NCBI GenBank assembly: GCA_051307355.1
Contig: JBPPLQ010000001.1
Coordinates: 173,644-205,643 of the forward strand
DNA length: 32,000 bases
From: Candidatus Makana argininalis
GTDB lineage: Bacteria > Pseudomonadota > Gammaproteobacteria > Enterobacterales > Enterobacteriaceae
Direction: 5' to 3'
Shown: positions 30,153 to 32,000 of the stretch, piece after piece
Layout of the letters: every line of letters begins with the position of its first letter
Numbering within the stretch: position 1 is the first letter of the stretch
The notes under the pieces: model-generated
What the model saw: only the letters and a program-made list of their open reading frames with translations
What the model was told of the DNA's origin: nothing
Databases searched by the model: none
Translations under genes and position numbers: made by a program

Positions 30153-31628
30153 ATGTCATTAAAATCTAAAATAAAAGCTTGTGATTTAGTTATTTTTGGT
30201 ACTAAAGGTGACTTATCTTTTCGTAAATTATTTCCATCTTTATATAGATTAGAAAAATTAAATTTAATTCATCCAGAAACAAAAATAATAGGAGTAAGTC
30301 GTATAAATTGGGATATTAAATATTATATCCAATCAATTAAAAAATCATTAAAAATTTTTATAAAAGAAAAAATAGATGAAAAATTATGGAAAAAATTTAG
30401 TAAAAGATTAAAATTTTGTAAATTAGATATTAATAAAATTAAATATTTTCACTTATTAAATAATAAATTAAATCAAAATAAAAGAATAACAATAAATTAT
30501 TTCGCTATGCCTCCAACAACTTTTGGATCTATTTGTAAAGGATTAGGTAAAGCAAAATTAAATAATAAAAAAAGCTATGTAGTTATAGAAAAACCAATAG
30601 GCACTAATTTATCTTCATATAAAATTATAAATAATCAAGTGTCAAAATATTTTAATAATAAACAAACATATAGAATAGATCATTATTTATGTAAAAAAGT
30701 TATAATAAATTTATTAGCTTTGAGATTTTCTAATTCTATCTTTATTTCTAATTGGAATAATCGTTATATAGATCATGTTCAAATTACAATTTCTGAAGAT
30801 ATAGGAATAGAAAATCGTTGGAATTATTTTGATCAAGTTGGACAAATGAGAGATATGGTTCAAAGTCATATGTTACAAATATTAACTATAATAGCCATGT
30901 CACCTCCTACTAATTTAACTAATGATCTTATTAGAAATGAAAAAATAAAAATTTTACGTTCACTTAGACCTATTAATTATAGTAATGTTAAAGATACAAT
31001 TGTTAGAGGACAATATACTTCTGGTTTTATAAAAGGTAAAAAAGTACCTGGATATATTAAAGAAAAAAATGCAAACAAAAATAGTTTTACAGAAACTTTT
31101 ATATCTATACGTGTAAATATAGATAATTTAATGTGGTCAGGTGTACCTTTTTATTTAAGAACAGGAAAAAGATTAAAAACAAAATATTCTGAAATTGTAA
31201 TTTATTTTAAAAAACCATCTATTTCATTATTTAAAGAGCATTTTAAAAAATTAAACAATAATAAATTAACTATCCGTATTCAACCCAACGAAGGAATAAA
31301 TATTCAAATACTAAATAATATCACAGGGTTGGATAATATATATAATTTGTATTATAATGAATTAAATTTTAAATTAAATCAAAAAAAAAATAAATCTTAT
31401 ATAGAAAATGATTATGATCGTATATTTTTAGGATTAATGACAGGAATACAAAATTTTTTTGTGAGTCAAGAAGAAATAGAAGAATCATGGAAATGGATAG
31501 ATTCTATCATAGAGGCATGGAGTATAGAAAATGATAAACCAAAACCTTATAAAGCTGGAACATGGGGACCTATTTCATCCTTTAAAATGCTTAAAAAAGA
31601 TAATAGATTTTGGAATAAATATAAATAA
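30153..31628 (+). CDS. zwf: glucose-6-phosphate 1-dehydrogenase
   Basis: 491 aa, the same length as E. coli Zwf. Matching motifs: 'ACDLVIFGTKGDLSFRKLFPSLY', 'ITINYFAMPPTTFGSICKGLG', 'YRIDHYLCKK' (signature region), 'GQMRDMVQSHMLQIL', 'VRGQYTSGF..GKKVPGY', 'GVPFYLRTGKRL', 'PKPYKAGTWGP'. Confidence 0.96.
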   Translation: MSLKSKIKACDLVIFGTKGDLSFRKLFPSLYRLEKLNLIHPETKIIGVSRINWDIKYYIQSIKKSLKIFIKEKIDEKLWKKFSKRLKFCKLDINKIKYFHLLNNKLNQNKRITINYFAMPPTTFGSICKGLGKAKLNNKKSYVVIEKPIGTNLSSYKIINNQVSKYFNNKQTYRIDHYLCKKVIINLLALRFSNSIFISNWNNRYIDHVQITISEDIGIENRWNYFDQVGQMRDMVQSHMLQILTIIAMSPPTNLTNDLIRNEKIKILRSLRPINYSNVKDTIVRGQYTSGFIKGKKVPGYIKEKNANKNSFTETFISIRVNIDNLMWSGVPFYLRTGKRLKTKYSEIVIYFKKPSISLFKEHFKKLNNNKLTIRIQPNEGINIQILNNITGLDNIYNLYYNELNFKLNQKKNKSYIENDYDRIFLGLMTGIQNFFVSQEEIEESWKWIDSIIEAWSIENDKPKPYKAGTWGPISSFKMLKKDNRFWNKYK

Positions 31629-31737
31629 TTAATTATTATTAAAATTAAATTCAATTTAGATTATAAAATAAATGATATTAATAACTAATGAAAATAATTT
31701 ATCAAATAAAAAATTTATTTATTAAGAGTGTATTTAA

Positions 31738-32000
31738 ATGCGTACTTTATATTGTGGAGATATAAATTTATCTAATATTGGACAAGAAGTCACATTATGT
31801 GGATGGGTTAATAAATTTCGTAATTTAGGATCAATAATTTTTATTGATCTACGTGATATAGAAGGTATAGTACAAGTAACATTTGATAATAAGATATTAA
31901 AAATTTTTAATTTAGCTAAAAATTTACGTAATGAATATTGTGTTCAAATAAAAGGAATTGTTAGAAAAAGACCTATAAAAAACATAAAAAATAAAATTAT
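31738..32000 (+). CDS. aspS: aspartate--tRNA ligase, 3' end cut by the window edge
   Basis: ATG at 31738. '[50 protein letters not shown]' matches E. coli AspRS '[50 protein letters not shown]'. The frame runs open to the window end. Confidence 0.93.
   Translation, partial: MRTLYCGDINLSNIGQEVTLCGWVNKFRNLGSIIFIDLRDIEGIVQVTFDNKILKIFNLAKNLRNEYCVQIKGIVRKRPIKNIKNKI

Overview
This 32 kb window is an extremely AT-rich, gene-dense housekeeping region. G+C looks well under 20% by eye but was not computed. It reads like the genome of a highly reduced gammaproteobacterial (Enterobacterales-like) obligate endosymbiont. Most proteins are collinear with their E. coli orthologues as I recall them.

I call 28 CDSs and 4 tRNAs.
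- CDSs: cysS', grxD, tilS, clsA, mnmE, yidC, rnpA, rpmH, dnaN, gyrB, proS, adk, dnaX, dnaQ, gmhA, rplY, pheT, pheS, rplT, rpmI, infC, thrS, cspC, pfkA, metG, argS, zwf, aspS'.
- tRNAs: Ile2-CAU, Leu-UAA, Cys-GCA, Ser-GGA.
- Two CDSs are absent from the supplied ORF track. rpmH is too short. infC has no ATG/GTG/TTG start.
- A few hairpins stand out against the AT background as intrinsic terminators.

Ancestral enterobacterial blocks survive with internal deletions:
- mnmE-yidC-rnpA-rpmH | dnaN-gyrB, lacking dnaA and recF.
- thrS-infC-rpmI-rplT-pheS-pheT, lacking pheM.
- dnaX-adk, lacking ybaB, recR and htpG.
- cysT-leuZ.

I see no mobile elements, CRISPR array, defence island, toxin-antitoxin pair or other accessory multi-gene system, and I do not claim a novel system.

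The observations most worth follow-up are:
1. metG carries eukaryote/spirochaete/archaeal-type MetRS motifs rather than the E. coli/Buchnera type, so it may be a xenologous replacement.
2. thrS lacks the whole N-terminal TGS and editing region.
3. dnaA and recF are missing from their conserved locus.
4. The yidC 5' end is out of frame next to T10/T9 homopolymers.
5. infC appears to start at ATC.
6. The grxD active site reads CFFS instead of CGFS.

All homology statements come from remembered reference sequences and motifs, not from database searches.
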